Part shown: in pieces, positions 34,863-43,176 of the stretch
How positions within the stretch are numbered: position 1 is the first letter of the stretch
How the letters are laid out: every line of letters starts with the position of its first letter
IMG/VR virus record: IMGVR_UViG_3300042569_002502
Direction: 5' to 3' (one strand)
DNA from: a virus
Lineage: Duplodnaviria > Heunggongvirae > Uroviricota > Caudoviricetes
DNA length: 48,552 bases
Program-made: the position numbers and the translations under genes
The notes under the pieces: generated by a model
Told to the model about the DNA's origin: nothing
The model's database searches: none
Seen by the model: only the letters and a program-made list of their open reading frames with translations

Positions 34863-36719
34863 ATGGCAAAATCAAAGGAAACAGCTTCAGAAAACAAAGG
34901 AAAATTTCAAGAAGCATTAGACAAATTAAATAAGACATATGGTGTTGGAACAGTGCTTACATTAGACAATAACAATACAGAAAGTTATGATGTTATAAGT
35001 ACAGGAAGTATTGGATTTGATAATGTTACATTAGGTGTAGGAGGATTTGTTAAGGGTAAACTATATGAATTGATGGGCTGGGAAGGTTGCCTAGCAGAAG
35101 ACACTTATATTAAATTTATTAATGTTAGACCTGATGGAATTGTACAAGATTGTAAAGGTGGCACAATTAAAAATCTTTATGAAAGATTTCATAATAGATC
35201 TGAAGAAACAAAAAATACAATATTTAATGTAACTTCTATCAATGAACATGATAGAGTGTTTAGAAATCAAATAGCTGATGTAGTAAAATCAGGAGTAAAA
35301 GAGTGTTTTGAAGTTATCACTAAAAAAGGATTTAAAATTAAAGCTACAAAAGATCATAAATTTTATTCTGGAGAGAGTTATATTCCACTTGAAAAATTAA
35401 AAGTTGGAGACATAGTGTTTGTACACAATAATACTTCTTGGAAATGTTCTAAAAAAAGAACACGTTCAAAATATGAAGAAACTACAATGAAATGGTATTA
35501 CAAAGGAAACCCACGCAAAATTAATGGGTTTGATTATTTTAGAGAAAAAATCCATAGATTAGTTTTTGAAGCTAATATGAATAACATGACTTATGATAAA
35601 TATAAAGAAATGTTAAATAGTGGGATAACTAGTTTGCCTAATAATTTTTGGACTATACCTGAAGAATTTGATATTCATCATATAGATGAAAATACTAAAA
35701 ACAATGATATTTCTAATCTACAATTAATACAAAATAGTGAACATGCTAAATTACATGCTTTAAATAATCATAATAATTTAAGATTTGTTGTTGTAGAAGA
35801 TGAAATAGTTAGTATCAAATCTGTAGGAAACATGGAAACATATGATATTAAATGTTATTTTCCTTATAATAATTTTATTGCTGAGGGTATTGTAGTACAT
35901 AATTCAGGTAAATCAACAATCTGTGGACATGTTGTTGCTGAATGCCAGAAAGCAGGAGGAGTGGCTTTATATATTGATGGTGAACACGCTGTTGATAAAA
36001 AATATTTCCAGGCAATTGGTGTAGATACAACAAAAATGTTAATTGCTCAACCATCATGCGGAGAAGAAGGATTTAATATTGCTATGGAAATGATTAATTC
36101 AGGAACAATTGATCTTGTTATTATTGACTCTGATAGCTCACTAATTCCTAAAAAAGTGTTAGATGGTGATGTAGGAGATAGCTCTATTGGTAAAAAAGCT
36201 TTACTAAATAGTAATGCCTATCCAAAACTTAAAACAGCTCTTTCTGAGCATAATGTTTGTGTTATTGTTGTTTCCCAGTATAGAGAAAAAATAGGTGTTA
36301 TGTTTGGTAATCCTACCACTACACAAGGAGGACATGCTTTAAAATTTTATTCTGATTGTAGAATAGAAGTGAGTAAGAGTCTTGCAAAAGACGGAGATGT
36401 TAATTATGGTAATATAACTAAAATAAAAGCTATAAAAAATAAAATGTCTCCTCCTTATAGACTTTCTCAATTTGAGATAGTCTATGGTGTGGGAATTGAT
36501 AAGCTTAAAGAGATAATGGAACTTGCCTCAGATTTTGAGATTATTAAGAAATGGGGTAAGACTATCACCTTTGGAGAGACAAAATATGATGTTGAAGAAT
36601 TTAAAGCAATGTTGTTAGACAATGAAGAGTTTTATAATAGTCTAAAAAGTCAAATTATTAACAAAATTAATAACACAGAAATTAAAACAGAAACAGATGA
36701 GTCTACAAGTGAAGATTAA
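34863..36719 (+). CDS. recA: RecA recombinase precursor containing an intein
   Basis: ISTGS; P-loop GWEG|SGKST split by the insert; YIDGEHAVD; QP..GEE; VIIDS; TTQGGHALKFYS; KNK..PP. Confidence 0.95.
   Translation: MAKSKETASENKGKFQEALDKLNKTYGVGTVLTLDNNNTESYDVISTGSIGFDNVTLGVGGFVKGKLYELMGWEGCLAEDTYIKFINVRPDGIVQDCKGGTIKNLYERFHNRSEETKNTIFNVTSINEHDRVFRNQIADVVKSGVKECFEVITKKGFKIKATKDHKFYSGESYIPLEKLKVGDIVFVHNNTSWKCSKKRTRSKYEETTMKWYYKGNPRKINGFDYFREKIHRLVFEANMNNMTYDKYKEMLNSGITSLPNNFWTIPEEFDIHHIDENTKNNDISNLQLIQNSEHAKLHALNNHNNLRFVVVEDEIVSIKSVGNMETYDIKCYFPYNNFIAEGIVVHNSGKSTICGHVVAECQKAGGVALYIDGEHAVDKKYFQAIGVDTTKMLIAQPSCGEEGFNIAMEMINSGTIDLVIIDSDSSLIPKKVLDGDVGDSSIGKKALLNSNAYPKLKTALSEHNVCVIVVSQYREKIGVMFGNPTTTQGGHALKFYSDCRIEVSKSLAKDGDVNYGNITKIKAIKNKMSPPYRLSQFEIVYGVGIDKLKEIMELASDFEIIKKWGKTITFGETKYDVEEFKAMLLDNEEFYNSLKSQIINKINNTEIKTETDESTSED
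35088..35903 (+). mobile_element. 272-aa intein with an HNH homing endonuclease, inserted in the RecA Walker A motif
   Basis: Block A CLAEDT; block B IKATKDHKF; HNH HHIDENTKNNDISNLQLI…EHAKLH; block F/G ETYDI…NFIAEGIVVHN followed by Ser+1. Confidence 0.95.
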
Positions 36720-37140
36720 AAAATTGCATAAAAATGCAATAATTCCTTCTTATGCAAAAGAAGGGGATGCTGCAATGGATATTACAGCAACAGAAGTGAA
36801 TTATGATAATCAATATGTATCATACAAAACAGGAATTGCTATTGAAATTCCAGAGGGATTTGTAGGACTTTTATTCCCAAGAAGCAGCATAAGTAAAAAA
36901 GAATTATTATTATGTAATTCTGTAGGAGTGATAGATTCTGGATATAGAGGAGAATTAGAGTTTAGATTTAAACTAGTGGGGAATGGTGTTCTAGCAAGTG
37001 GTGTACGTAATATCTATTCTCCTGGCGAGAGAGTGGGACAACTAATGGTGATCCCACATCCTTATGTTAAATTTGTAGAAGTGGAACAACTTTCAGAAAC
37101 AAGTAGAAACGATAGTGGATTTGGTAGCACTGGTAACTAA
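36697..37140 (+). CDS. dut: Trimeric dUTPase
   Basis: AAMDI; TGIA; PRSS; GVIDSGYRGE; GQL; R..SGFGSTG. Confidence 0.95.
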   Translation: MSLQVKIKKLHKNAIIPSYAKEGDAAMDITATEVNYDNQYVSYKTGIAIEIPEGFVGLLFPRSSISKKELLLCNSVGVIDSGYRGELEFRFKLVGNGVLASGVRNIYSPGERVGQLMVIPHPYVKFVEVEQLSETSRNDSGFGSTGN

Positions 37141-37149
37141 TACAAATAA

Positions 37150-37177
37150 TAAGGAGGGAATTTATTTTCCCTCCTTT
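37150..37177. terminator. Hairpin or terminator
   Basis: AAGGAGGGAA-TTTATT-TTCCCTCCTT. Confidence 0.7.
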
Positions 37178-37189
37178 AAATTTTAAAAT

Positions 37190-37366
37190 ATGTATAAATA
37201 TCAAAACAATTCAGGAAACATTTTTACTAATTGGATAGGAGTGTTGACAGCAGATCTAGAAGAACTTGTAATAGGATGGAAAATAAATTATAATATTTCT
37301 ATACCATCTAATTTTATAGTACATTTGATAGATAAAAAACTGAAGAGAAATGAGTCTGAGTACTAG
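37190..37366 (+). CDS. 58-aa hypothetical protein, not in the ORF track
   Basis: Hand translation MYKYQNNSGNIFTNWIG…LKRNESEY. Confidence 0.55.
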   Translation: MYKYQNNSGNIFTNWIGVLTADLEELVIGWKINYNISIPSNFIVHLIDKKLKRNESEY

Positions 37367-37568
37367 TATTATCACTTCTATTAAAGACGAAGAATTGGAT
37401 ATATTTAAGAAACAATATACAAATCTTGCTGACCTTAGAAAAGAAATAGATCGTCTTAAAAAGGAATACAAAAAGAATAAAGATGTTGTTTACAAAAATA
37501 ATATCAATTTTTTTATAGATATGTATAATATAAGAGTGGGATATTTATATTATAAAAAAGTAAAGTGA
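37350..37568 (+). CDS. Hypothetical protein
   Basis: ORF track. Confidence 0.65.
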   Translation: MSLSTSIITSIKDEELDIFKKQYTNLADLRKEIDRLKKEYKKNKDVVYKNNINFFIDMYNIRVGYLYYKKVK

Positions 37569-37571
37569 TAT

Positions 37572-37943
37572 ATGACAGCAGTAGAATTATCAAAAGTGAA
37601 AGAGTACCAAAGAGACTTCTATAAAACTTTTAAAAGAAAATTAGAAATTGATTGGCAATTAATGAATGGTATAGATAAAAATTCTAAAATAGAGGTGATT
37701 GAAATTCCTGAAGAATCTTTAGAAGATATTTTTGAACATTGTATAAATAAACACAATGCTGATTTAGATGTAATTAGAAATAGAAGCTATAAAGTTCATA
37801 AAGTGAATAGATGTAAAGAAAGAAAAGCTTTAGTAGAATTTTGTACTATAGTTGTTAAAGAAAGGTATTCTGTTTCTAAAGCTTCTAAACTAATAAACAG
37901 AGACAGGTCTTGTGTATATAATTTTTCACAAATAAAACCATAA
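37572..37943 (+). CDS. Hypothetical protein with a possible C-terminal HTH (DnaA-C-like)
   Basis: SVSKASKLINRDRSCVYN resembles an HTH with an RDHS-like motif. Confidence 0.5.
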   Translation: MTAVELSKVKEYQRDFYKTFKRKLEIDWQLMNGIDKNSKIEVIEIPEESLEDIFEHCINKHNADLDVIRNRSYKVHKVNRCKERKALVEFCTIVVKERYSVSKASKLINRDRSCVYNFSQIKP

Positions 37944-38353
37944 TGAGATCAAATTGTAAAATGCCTGGTTGTAATAATCCAGTGTGGAGCGACAAACTCT
38001 GTATAAACCACAAACCAAGAAAAAAGTTATTAGTAACTAGAAGTTTAAATAAAGGAAAAATGAGTAGTACAAAAGACGAGGAATATGAAAAAATGCGTAC
38101 TTTTTTCAAAAGTATTTGGGATAAAAAACCCCATAAGTCAGAAATTAGTGGAGACTATATTGGGCCAGAACCTTTAAGTATATATTTTCACCACATACTA
38201 CCAAAAGGAAAGCATCCAGAAGCTAAATTTGATGAAGATAATATAATACTTCTCACTTGGCAAGAACATGATCAAGTGGAGATGGATATATTTAGATTTC
38301 ACGAAATTAACGAAAGAAGAAACACTTTAAAAGCCAAATATGAAGGAGCCTAA
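37943..38353 (+). CDS. HNH-like nuclease with an N-terminal Cys/His motif
   Basis: CKMPGC…C..H; FHHILPK…NIILLT..EH. Confidence 0.65.
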   Translation: MRSNCKMPGCNNPVWSDKLCINHKPRKKLLVTRSLNKGKMSSTKDEEYEKMRTFFKSIWDKKPHKSEISGDYIGPEPLSIYFHHILPKGKHPEAKFDEDNIILLTWQEHDQVEMDIFRFHEINERRNTLKAKYEGA

Positions 38354-38993
38354 CAGAGAACGCAAGAATGAAATTAAGTATGAAATACAACTTAATGAAG
38401 AACAAAAAGAAGCTAAAAGACTTATCAGGGAAAATCAAATAGTAGTTATTACTGGAAGAGCTGGTTGTGGAAAGTCCTTAGTATGCGCACAAGTGGCTTT
38501 AGACTTTCTTTTTAAAAAGCAATGTGAGAAGGTGTTAGTTACTAGGGCCACTATAGAAGTGGGTAATTCATTAGGATTTCTTCCTGGAGGACTTTCAGAA
38601 AAATTTAACCCTTATTTAGAAGCGTTTATTGAAAATCTTAATAAATGTTATAATAGCCAAAAGATAGAAACACTAATATCAGAAAACAAAATATTAGCCT
38701 ATCCTATACAATTTATCCGTGGTAAAACTATTGATGATATATTAATTGTCGAAGAAGCGCAAAACCTTACTAAAGCTCAAATGTTAGCTATTTTAACAAG
38801 AATAGGTAAGACAGGAAAGATTGTTATTAATGGGGATCTTGAGCAAACAGATATTAGAGATGGGAGTATGAATGGTCTTTCTTACGTTATTGAACTTTCT
38901 AAAAAAATAGAAGGAATACAATATATTAAACTAAAAGAAAATCATAGAAGTGATCTTGTAGGAAAGATTTTAGATTTTGAATATGGCAAATAA
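38340..38993 (+). CDS. phoH: PhoH-like ATPase
   Basis: GRAGCGKS; TRA; LGFLPG; FIRG.T; EEAQN; LTRIG; NGD..QTD; NHRS. Confidence 0.9.
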   Translation: MKEPNRERKNEIKYEIQLNEEQKEAKRLIRENQIVVITGRAGCGKSLVCAQVALDFLFKKQCEKVLVTRATIEVGNSLGFLPGGLSEKFNPYLEAFIENLNKCYNSQKIETLISENKILAYPIQFIRGKTIDDILIVEEAQNLTKAQMLAILTRIGKTGKIVINGDLEQTDIRDGSMNGLSYVIELSKKIEGIQYIKLKENHRSDLVGKILDFEYGK

Positions 38994-39378
38994 ACCATTA
39001 AGCAGAGAATTTTTATTAAACAGAGGATATTGTTGTGGCAATGGTTGCCTCAATTGTCCTTATAAACCAAAAACAAATATGAAAAATCAATTCTTTTACA
39101 CCCGTAAAGAGCTTGTATCTGGAACACCAGAAAATCCTGAATTCAAAGAATTTAGAGATAGTTTTAATATTGAAAAAGTGGTGAGAACCATCACTATGGA
39201 AGATGGGAGAATGTTAGTGCTACTTGATGATCTCCATGAGAGAGCTCAACAAGTACCTGATGTTGATCCAAAGACAAACAAAATGAGAGGTTATAAAAGA
39301 GAGCGCAACACTTTCCAAAGTGAGATATACTTGGAGCCTGCTGATGCTGTTAAATTTTATAACCAAACAACCATCTAA
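38983..39378 (+). CDS. Protein with an N-terminal DUF5522-like Cys motif (RGYCCGNGCLNCPY) fused to a second domain
   Basis: ORF track; internal in-frame ATG at 39079 with A-rich context. Confidence 0.65.
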   Translation: MANKPLSREFLLNRGYCCGNGCLNCPYKPKTNMKNQFFYTRKELVSGTPENPEFKEFRDSFNIEKVVRTITMEDGRMLVLLDDLHERAQQVPDVDPKTNKMRGYKRERNTFQSEIYLEPADAVKFYNQTTI

Positions 39379-40055
39379 TGATCTCTGTTCTAACCATAAC
39401 ATACCAAAGGCACCATCTACTTGAGGAAGCTATACAGTCTTTTCTTCGGAATTTTCAAGAAGGAGATGAAATGGTTGTAATTAATGACAGTCCTGATGTA
39501 AAATATATATACGACCATCCTAATGTAAAAATAATAAATACGGAATTTAGATTTCCTTCTATTTCTAAAAAACTGGAATGGGGATATAAACAATGTCAAA
39601 ATAATTATATTTATAGGTTAGATGATGATGATCTTTTAGGGCCCAATTCTCTAGGTATTGTAAAAAATGGAGTTAATATTGATGCTGATTATGATATTTA
39701 CAGAAGTGATAGCCACTATTTTTTTGTAAACAATAAGTTTGAAAAGTTATCTGATAACATAAATAATGGTAATGTCTACTCTAAGAAATATTTAGATGGA
39801 ATAAAATTTCCAGATAAAAGTGGTGATGAGGATGTTGATATAACTTTCCATCATAATGCTAAAATATTTACATTAAAATTCCCCACTATGATTTATAGAT
39901 GGGGAATGAACACTTATCATATTTCTGGATGGGGAAAACAATCTTCTGACACAATTCTTAATAACACTGATAAGTTAATAAGAACCAAAGAGAGGGGAGA
40001 GATAATACTAAACCCTCATTTTAAAGAAGACTATTACAAACAGTTAATATCATAA
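39378..40055 (+). CDS. Family 2 glycosyltransferase
   Basis: ISVLTITYQR…LEEAIQSFL; VINDS; RLDDDD (DxD); EDVD. Confidence 0.85.
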   Translation: MISVLTITYQRHHLLEEAIQSFLRNFQEGDEMVVINDSPDVKYIYDHPNVKIINTEFRFPSISKKLEWGYKQCQNNYIYRLDDDDLLGPNSLGIVKNGVNIDADYDIYRSDSHYFFVNNKFEKLSDNINNGNVYSKKYLDGIKFPDKSGDEDVDITFHHNAKIFTLKFPTMIYRWGMNTYHISGWGKQSSDTILNNTDKLIRTKERGEIILNPHFKEDYYKQLIS

Positions 40056-40058
40056 AAT

Positions 40059-40090
40059 AAAAAAGCCTTTCAATTACGAAAGGCTTTTTT
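40059..40090. terminator. Bidirectional terminator at the convergence of the two transcription arms
   Basis: AAAAAAGCCTTTC-AATTAC-GAAAGGCTTTTTT between convergent genes. Confidence 0.9.
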
Positions 40091-40092
40091 CT

Positions 40093-40248
40093 TTATTTTG
40101 AAAGACGTTTTTGCTTCATAGGAAGCATCGGGCTCTTAAGTCGCAACTTAGTATCTGCTTCCCTCATAAAATTAGCATCAGGCCTAGAGTTTTTCACTTT
40201 AGGAGCTTTTCTGGGTTTACCAGATTTTTTAGCTTTACCAGCAGTCAT
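40093..40248 (-). CDS. Small basic protein (start likely ATG 40248: MTAGKAKKSGKPRKAPKV…)
   Basis: ORF track 40093..40308; A-rich context at the internal ATG. Confidence 0.65.
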   Translation of the reverse strand: MTAGKAKKSGKPRKAPKVKNSRPDANFMREADTKLRLKSPMLPMKQKRLSK

Positions 40249-40252
40249 GTTT

Positions 40253-40825
40253 TTACTTGCAACCATATGCACATTTTTTAACCTTTCCTCCCATTTTATT
40301 TTTACCAATAACTTTATTAGCTCTTTTGTTAGTGTAAGACTTTGCTTGATTTATACTATCTCTTGTTGCAATTCTCTTTTCTCTTGCTGCAATTTCTTTC
40401 AGCGTGTTAGCATTTGATTGCTTAATAGTTGTACCAACTTGAGCTTTCTCTACTTTCATTCCTTTTTTAGCAATAACACCTCTACCTTTAAGAATATCAG
40501 CTTTAGTTATTTTACCGTCTTTGTTAAGATCAGGGAATGAACCACCTTTTTTAGCTTTAACAGTTTTACCACCCATTTTTTGCTTTTTTAAAGGAAATCC
40601 ATTAGCATCATAACCAGGTTTTCCTTTTTTAGACTGTCTATCTAAGTCTGAGCTAGATTGTTTAGCCCTTTTAAAAGCACTTTCAGAGTACTTAGGAGAG
40701 CTCATATTCCTTGCAGCTGCTTCATAATTATCCATCATCTCCTTTTTATAATAAGCTGAACTATCAGCCGTAGGTTTAACAGATTTACCAGCTTGAGCTT
40801 TTTTAATTTTTTTTACAGTTGCCAT
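40253..40825 (-). CDS. Basic modular protein containing an EF-hand-like PDLNKDGKITKAD motif
   Basis: MATVKKIKKAQAG; KMGG twice, KKGG, KAQVG; Lys-rich. Confidence 0.75.
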   Translation of the reverse strand: MATVKKIKKAQAGKSVKPTADSSAYYKKEMMDNYEAAARNMSSPKYSESAFKRAKQSSSDLDRQSKKGKPGYDANGFPLKKQKMGGKTVKAKKGGSFPDLNKDGKITKADILKGRGVIAKKGMKVEKAQVGTTIKQSNANTLKEIAAREKRIATRDSINQAKSYTNKRANKVIGKNKMGGKVKKCAYGCK

Positions 40826-41169
40826 TATTTTTTCTTTTTTATAGATTTAACAATTTTTTTAGAAGAAGACTTAACAGCTAATTTTTTCTTAACTATTTTA
40901 CCACCATTTTTTTGTTCTGGAAGGTTATTTTGTCTATCGTATTTAGCTTCTTTTTTAGCCTCTCTAGCTTCTCTACGTTCATCTCTTTTCACCTCTCTTT
41001 CAGCACGTCTAATTTCTCTGTTTCCTATCCTTTCATCTTTCCGCATTAAACGCTCATTTTCTCTTTCATCTCTATCTCTACTTCTAGTGACAGCACATTT
41101 TCCACTAGTGGTAGATCCCCATTGGGCTTTTTTAAGAGTTTTTACTGTGCTTTTTTTAATAGTTGCCAT
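40825..41169 (-). CDS. Basic protein with an Arg/Glu-rich helix
   Basis: MATIKK…KAQWG…KNGGK. Confidence 0.7.
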   Translation of the reverse strand: MATIKKSTVKTLKKAQWGSTTSGKCAVTRSRDRDERENERLMRKDERIGNREIRRAEREVKRDERREAREAKKEAKYDRQNNLPEQKNGGKIVKKKLAVKSSSKKIVKSIKKKK

Positions 41170-41207
41170 AGTTATTTTATTTAAGAATTACCGAATTTGG
41201 CAGGGTT

Positions 41208-41660
41208 TTACTTCCCTTTTTGGCTTTTAATTTTTTTCTCTTGTTTCAGCATTGCCGCTGTAGGTTTTTTACCAGATCCTTTAGCAGCTCTAATATTGTC
41301 CCATAATCCTCTTTTAGAATATGAGCCGTCAGCACGTTTGATCATTCCACCTTTCTTCATTTTCAAAGATTCTAAAGTTGAAGGAACTTCTTTTTTTAAT
41401 ATCTTTTTAGAGGATTCACTTTTTACTATGTTTCCAGATATTTTATCTCCTTCGCCTGTTTGCGTTTTCACTGTGTAACTAGGTTTACCTTTTGAGTACC
41501 CTGTAGTATCAACAGAAGTTCTTGTATATTTGTAAGGCTTTGTAATACCTCCAACAGTTGTTCTTTCTTTTTCTGTTTTAAATACACCAAGTCCTGGTCT
41601 AGAACCTTTAATTATTTCTTTACCTTCTTGAGCTTTCTTAATTTTTTTTATTGTTGGCAT
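41208..41660 (-). CDS. Basic protein (start likely ATG 41660: MPTIKKIKKAQEG)
   Basis: ORF track 41208..41711; shared N-terminal motif; KKGG; GLWDNIRA module. Confidence 0.7.
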   Translation of the reverse strand: MPTIKKIKKAQEGKEIIKGSRPGLGVFKTEKERTTVGGITKPYKYTRTSVDTTGYSKGKPSYTVKTQTGEGDKISGNIVKSESSKKILKKEVPSTLESLKMKKGGMIKRADGSYSKRGLWDNIRAAKGSGKKPTAAMLKQEKKIKSQKGK

Positions 41661-41661
41661 G

Positions 41662-42033
41662 TTAACATTTCCATTTACGAAGTGACTTATTAATCCTACT
41701 ATTAGGATCATTAGCTGTTTTAGCAGATGTTAATTTCTTTTTCATCCCTGACATTCTTGAACAGAATGATTTTTTTCTAGGACCACCTTCAGGTTGTGGA
41801 GCTTTTAATCCTGGTTTTCCTGGATTAGCTCTATTATAAGAAGCTCTACCTTTAGCATTTAATCCTCCAGATTCAGATTTACCTTCTTTTCTTTGCCAGG
41901 CTGGTGTTTTACCACCATTTTTAAGTGTAGAGCCTTTAAATTCTCCTTTCTTTTTAACAAGAGGCCCATTAGGAACAGGGGTGACACCTCTCATCCTAGG
42001 AGCATCTTTAAGAAGTTTTTTTATTGTAGCCAT
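41662..42033 (-). CDS. Basic protein with a DUF6321-like C-terminal module
   Basis: WQRKEGK..GGLNAKGRASY…KSFCSRM…DPNSRINKSLRKWKC (family recalled from memory). Confidence 0.7.
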   Translation of the reverse strand: MATIKKLLKDAPRMRGVTPVPNGPLVKKKGEFKGSTLKNGGKTPAWQRKEGKSESGGLNAKGRASYNRANPGKPGLKAPQPEGGPRKKSFCSRMSGMKKKLTSAKTANDPNSRINKSLRKWKC

Positions 42034-42220
42034 CTCTTTTAAATGTTATATTCTGTTTCACTATAATATCACGGTGTGTAAATTGCCAAAGTTCTCCTGT
42101 AGAGTTTATAATTACAGTGTATATAGTGTCTGTTTCATGACCATAGTCTGTAATAATCCAAATGACACCATCACCTTTAGAGGTGGACACTTCCACTCTG
42201 TTTTTGGGTTCAAATATCAT
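42008..42220 (-). CDS. Hypothetical protein
   Basis: ORF track. Confidence 0.6.
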   Translation of the reverse strand: MIFEPKNRVEVSTSKGDGVIWIITDYGHETDTIYTVIINSTGELWQFTHRDIIVKQNITFKRDGYNKKTS

Positions 42221-42571
42221 TTATTTAGCTTTGCGTTTTGCAGCAATTTTTTTAAAAGTTTTTGCAAGAGCTTTAGCTTTTCCTGTACATCCTGGTTTAG
42301 ATATAGGAGTGCATTTTCCCTCTGTACCCCTACGTTTAATAGAAGCAGCTACATCACCTATCCAGTTTTTTTTTACTTTACCACCTTTTTTCATTGTTGT
42401 AGCACCTAATTGTTTGTCCTTTGTAAGAGGCACTTTAGGAGCTTTTTTATCAGCTAATGTACGTTCTTGCACCTTTGTCCAAGCACCTTTAGGATCTATA
42501 GGTCCTACACGTTTTGCTGGTTTTGCTACACCTCCAGCTTGGTATTTAACAATTTTTTTAACATTGGGCAT
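42221..42571 (-). CDS. Basic protein
   Basis: MPNVKKIVKYQAGG…MKKGGKVKKNWI…KALAKTFKK. Confidence 0.7.
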   Translation of the reverse strand: MPNVKKIVKYQAGGVAKPAKRVGPIDPKGAWTKVQERTLADKKAPKVPLTKDKQLGATTMKKGGKVKKNWIGDVAASIKRRGTEGKCTPISKPGCTGKAKALAKTFKKIAAKRKAK

Positions 42572-42582
42572 TTTAATAAATT

Positions 42583-42858
42583 TTATAATTCTTTAGAAGA
42601 TTCTGGAATCTCTACTACAATTCCTTCTTTCACTGAATTTGCTAATAAATTCTCAACAATATCAGCTGCTTTATTTGCTAAAAGAATTGTTTGAGCTTCT
42701 GGTGTAGAAATAATTGCTCTCAATGAATTTAATAAAAATCCAAATTCTCCTCCAGATAAAGAAAACTGTGTGTCCTGAGACCAAGTGTATTTCTTGTTAG
42801 GATTGAATGTTGGAGTTTCTTGATTAGGTTCCTGAGGAACAACTTTTAAATCTGACAT
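42583..42858 (-). CDS. Hypothetical protein
   Basis: ORF track; promoter directly upstream. Confidence 0.75.
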   Translation of the reverse strand: MSDLKVVPQEPNQETPTFNPNKKYTWSQDTQFSLSGGEFGFLLNSLRAIISTPEAQTILLANKAADIVENLLANSVKEGIVVEIPESSKEL

Positions 42859-42881
42859 ATATTTAATTTTTGGTTTATAAA

Positions 42882-42912
42882 CAAAGATATACTAATTTAA
42901 TGTAATTTCAAA
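42882..42912 (-). promoter_or_regulatory. Bacteroidota-type promoter driving the basic-protein cluster
   Basis: Minus strand TTTG-N19-TATCTTTG (plus strand CAAAGATA at 42882-42889). Confidence 0.7.
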
Positions 42913-43176
42913 AACTATTGTAGCACTAGATTTTATACTCTTGCTTATATTAAGTTTTATTTGAAATATATTATGTAGTTTTAGTATTTCCTCTAGAAGA
43001 AGTTCATTATATTTAGGAAGTGATGGGGCCAATCTAAAATGATATGAATATGGATTTTTTGTTATTTCTAATGTAGAAAGTTCATCCACAGAATCTATCA
43101 CTCCTATCAAATGCTGAAAATAAGCAAGCTCATTGTCTTGCATCACTTCAGGAAAAAACTTCTTATTTAATTGCAT
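42892..43176 (-). CDS. Hypothetical protein
   Basis: ORF track; TAATG coupling to the Dps-like gene. Confidence 0.7.
   Translation of the reverse strand: MQLNKKFFPEVMQDNELAYFQHLIGVIDSVDELSTLEITKNPYSYHFRLAPSLPKYNELLLEEILKLHNIFQIKLNISKSIKSSATIVFEITLN

Noticed and set aside
4293-39599. Many short alternative-frame or antisense ORFs in the track (e.g. 4293, 4533, 5728, 6264, 8206, 8906, 10501, 11452, 13718, 16459, 23144, 23653, 24675, 28649, 31188, 34149, 35875, 37256, 37885, 39220, 39417)
   Set aside because: They overlap well-supported genes or operons on the coding strand and have no recognisable motifs.
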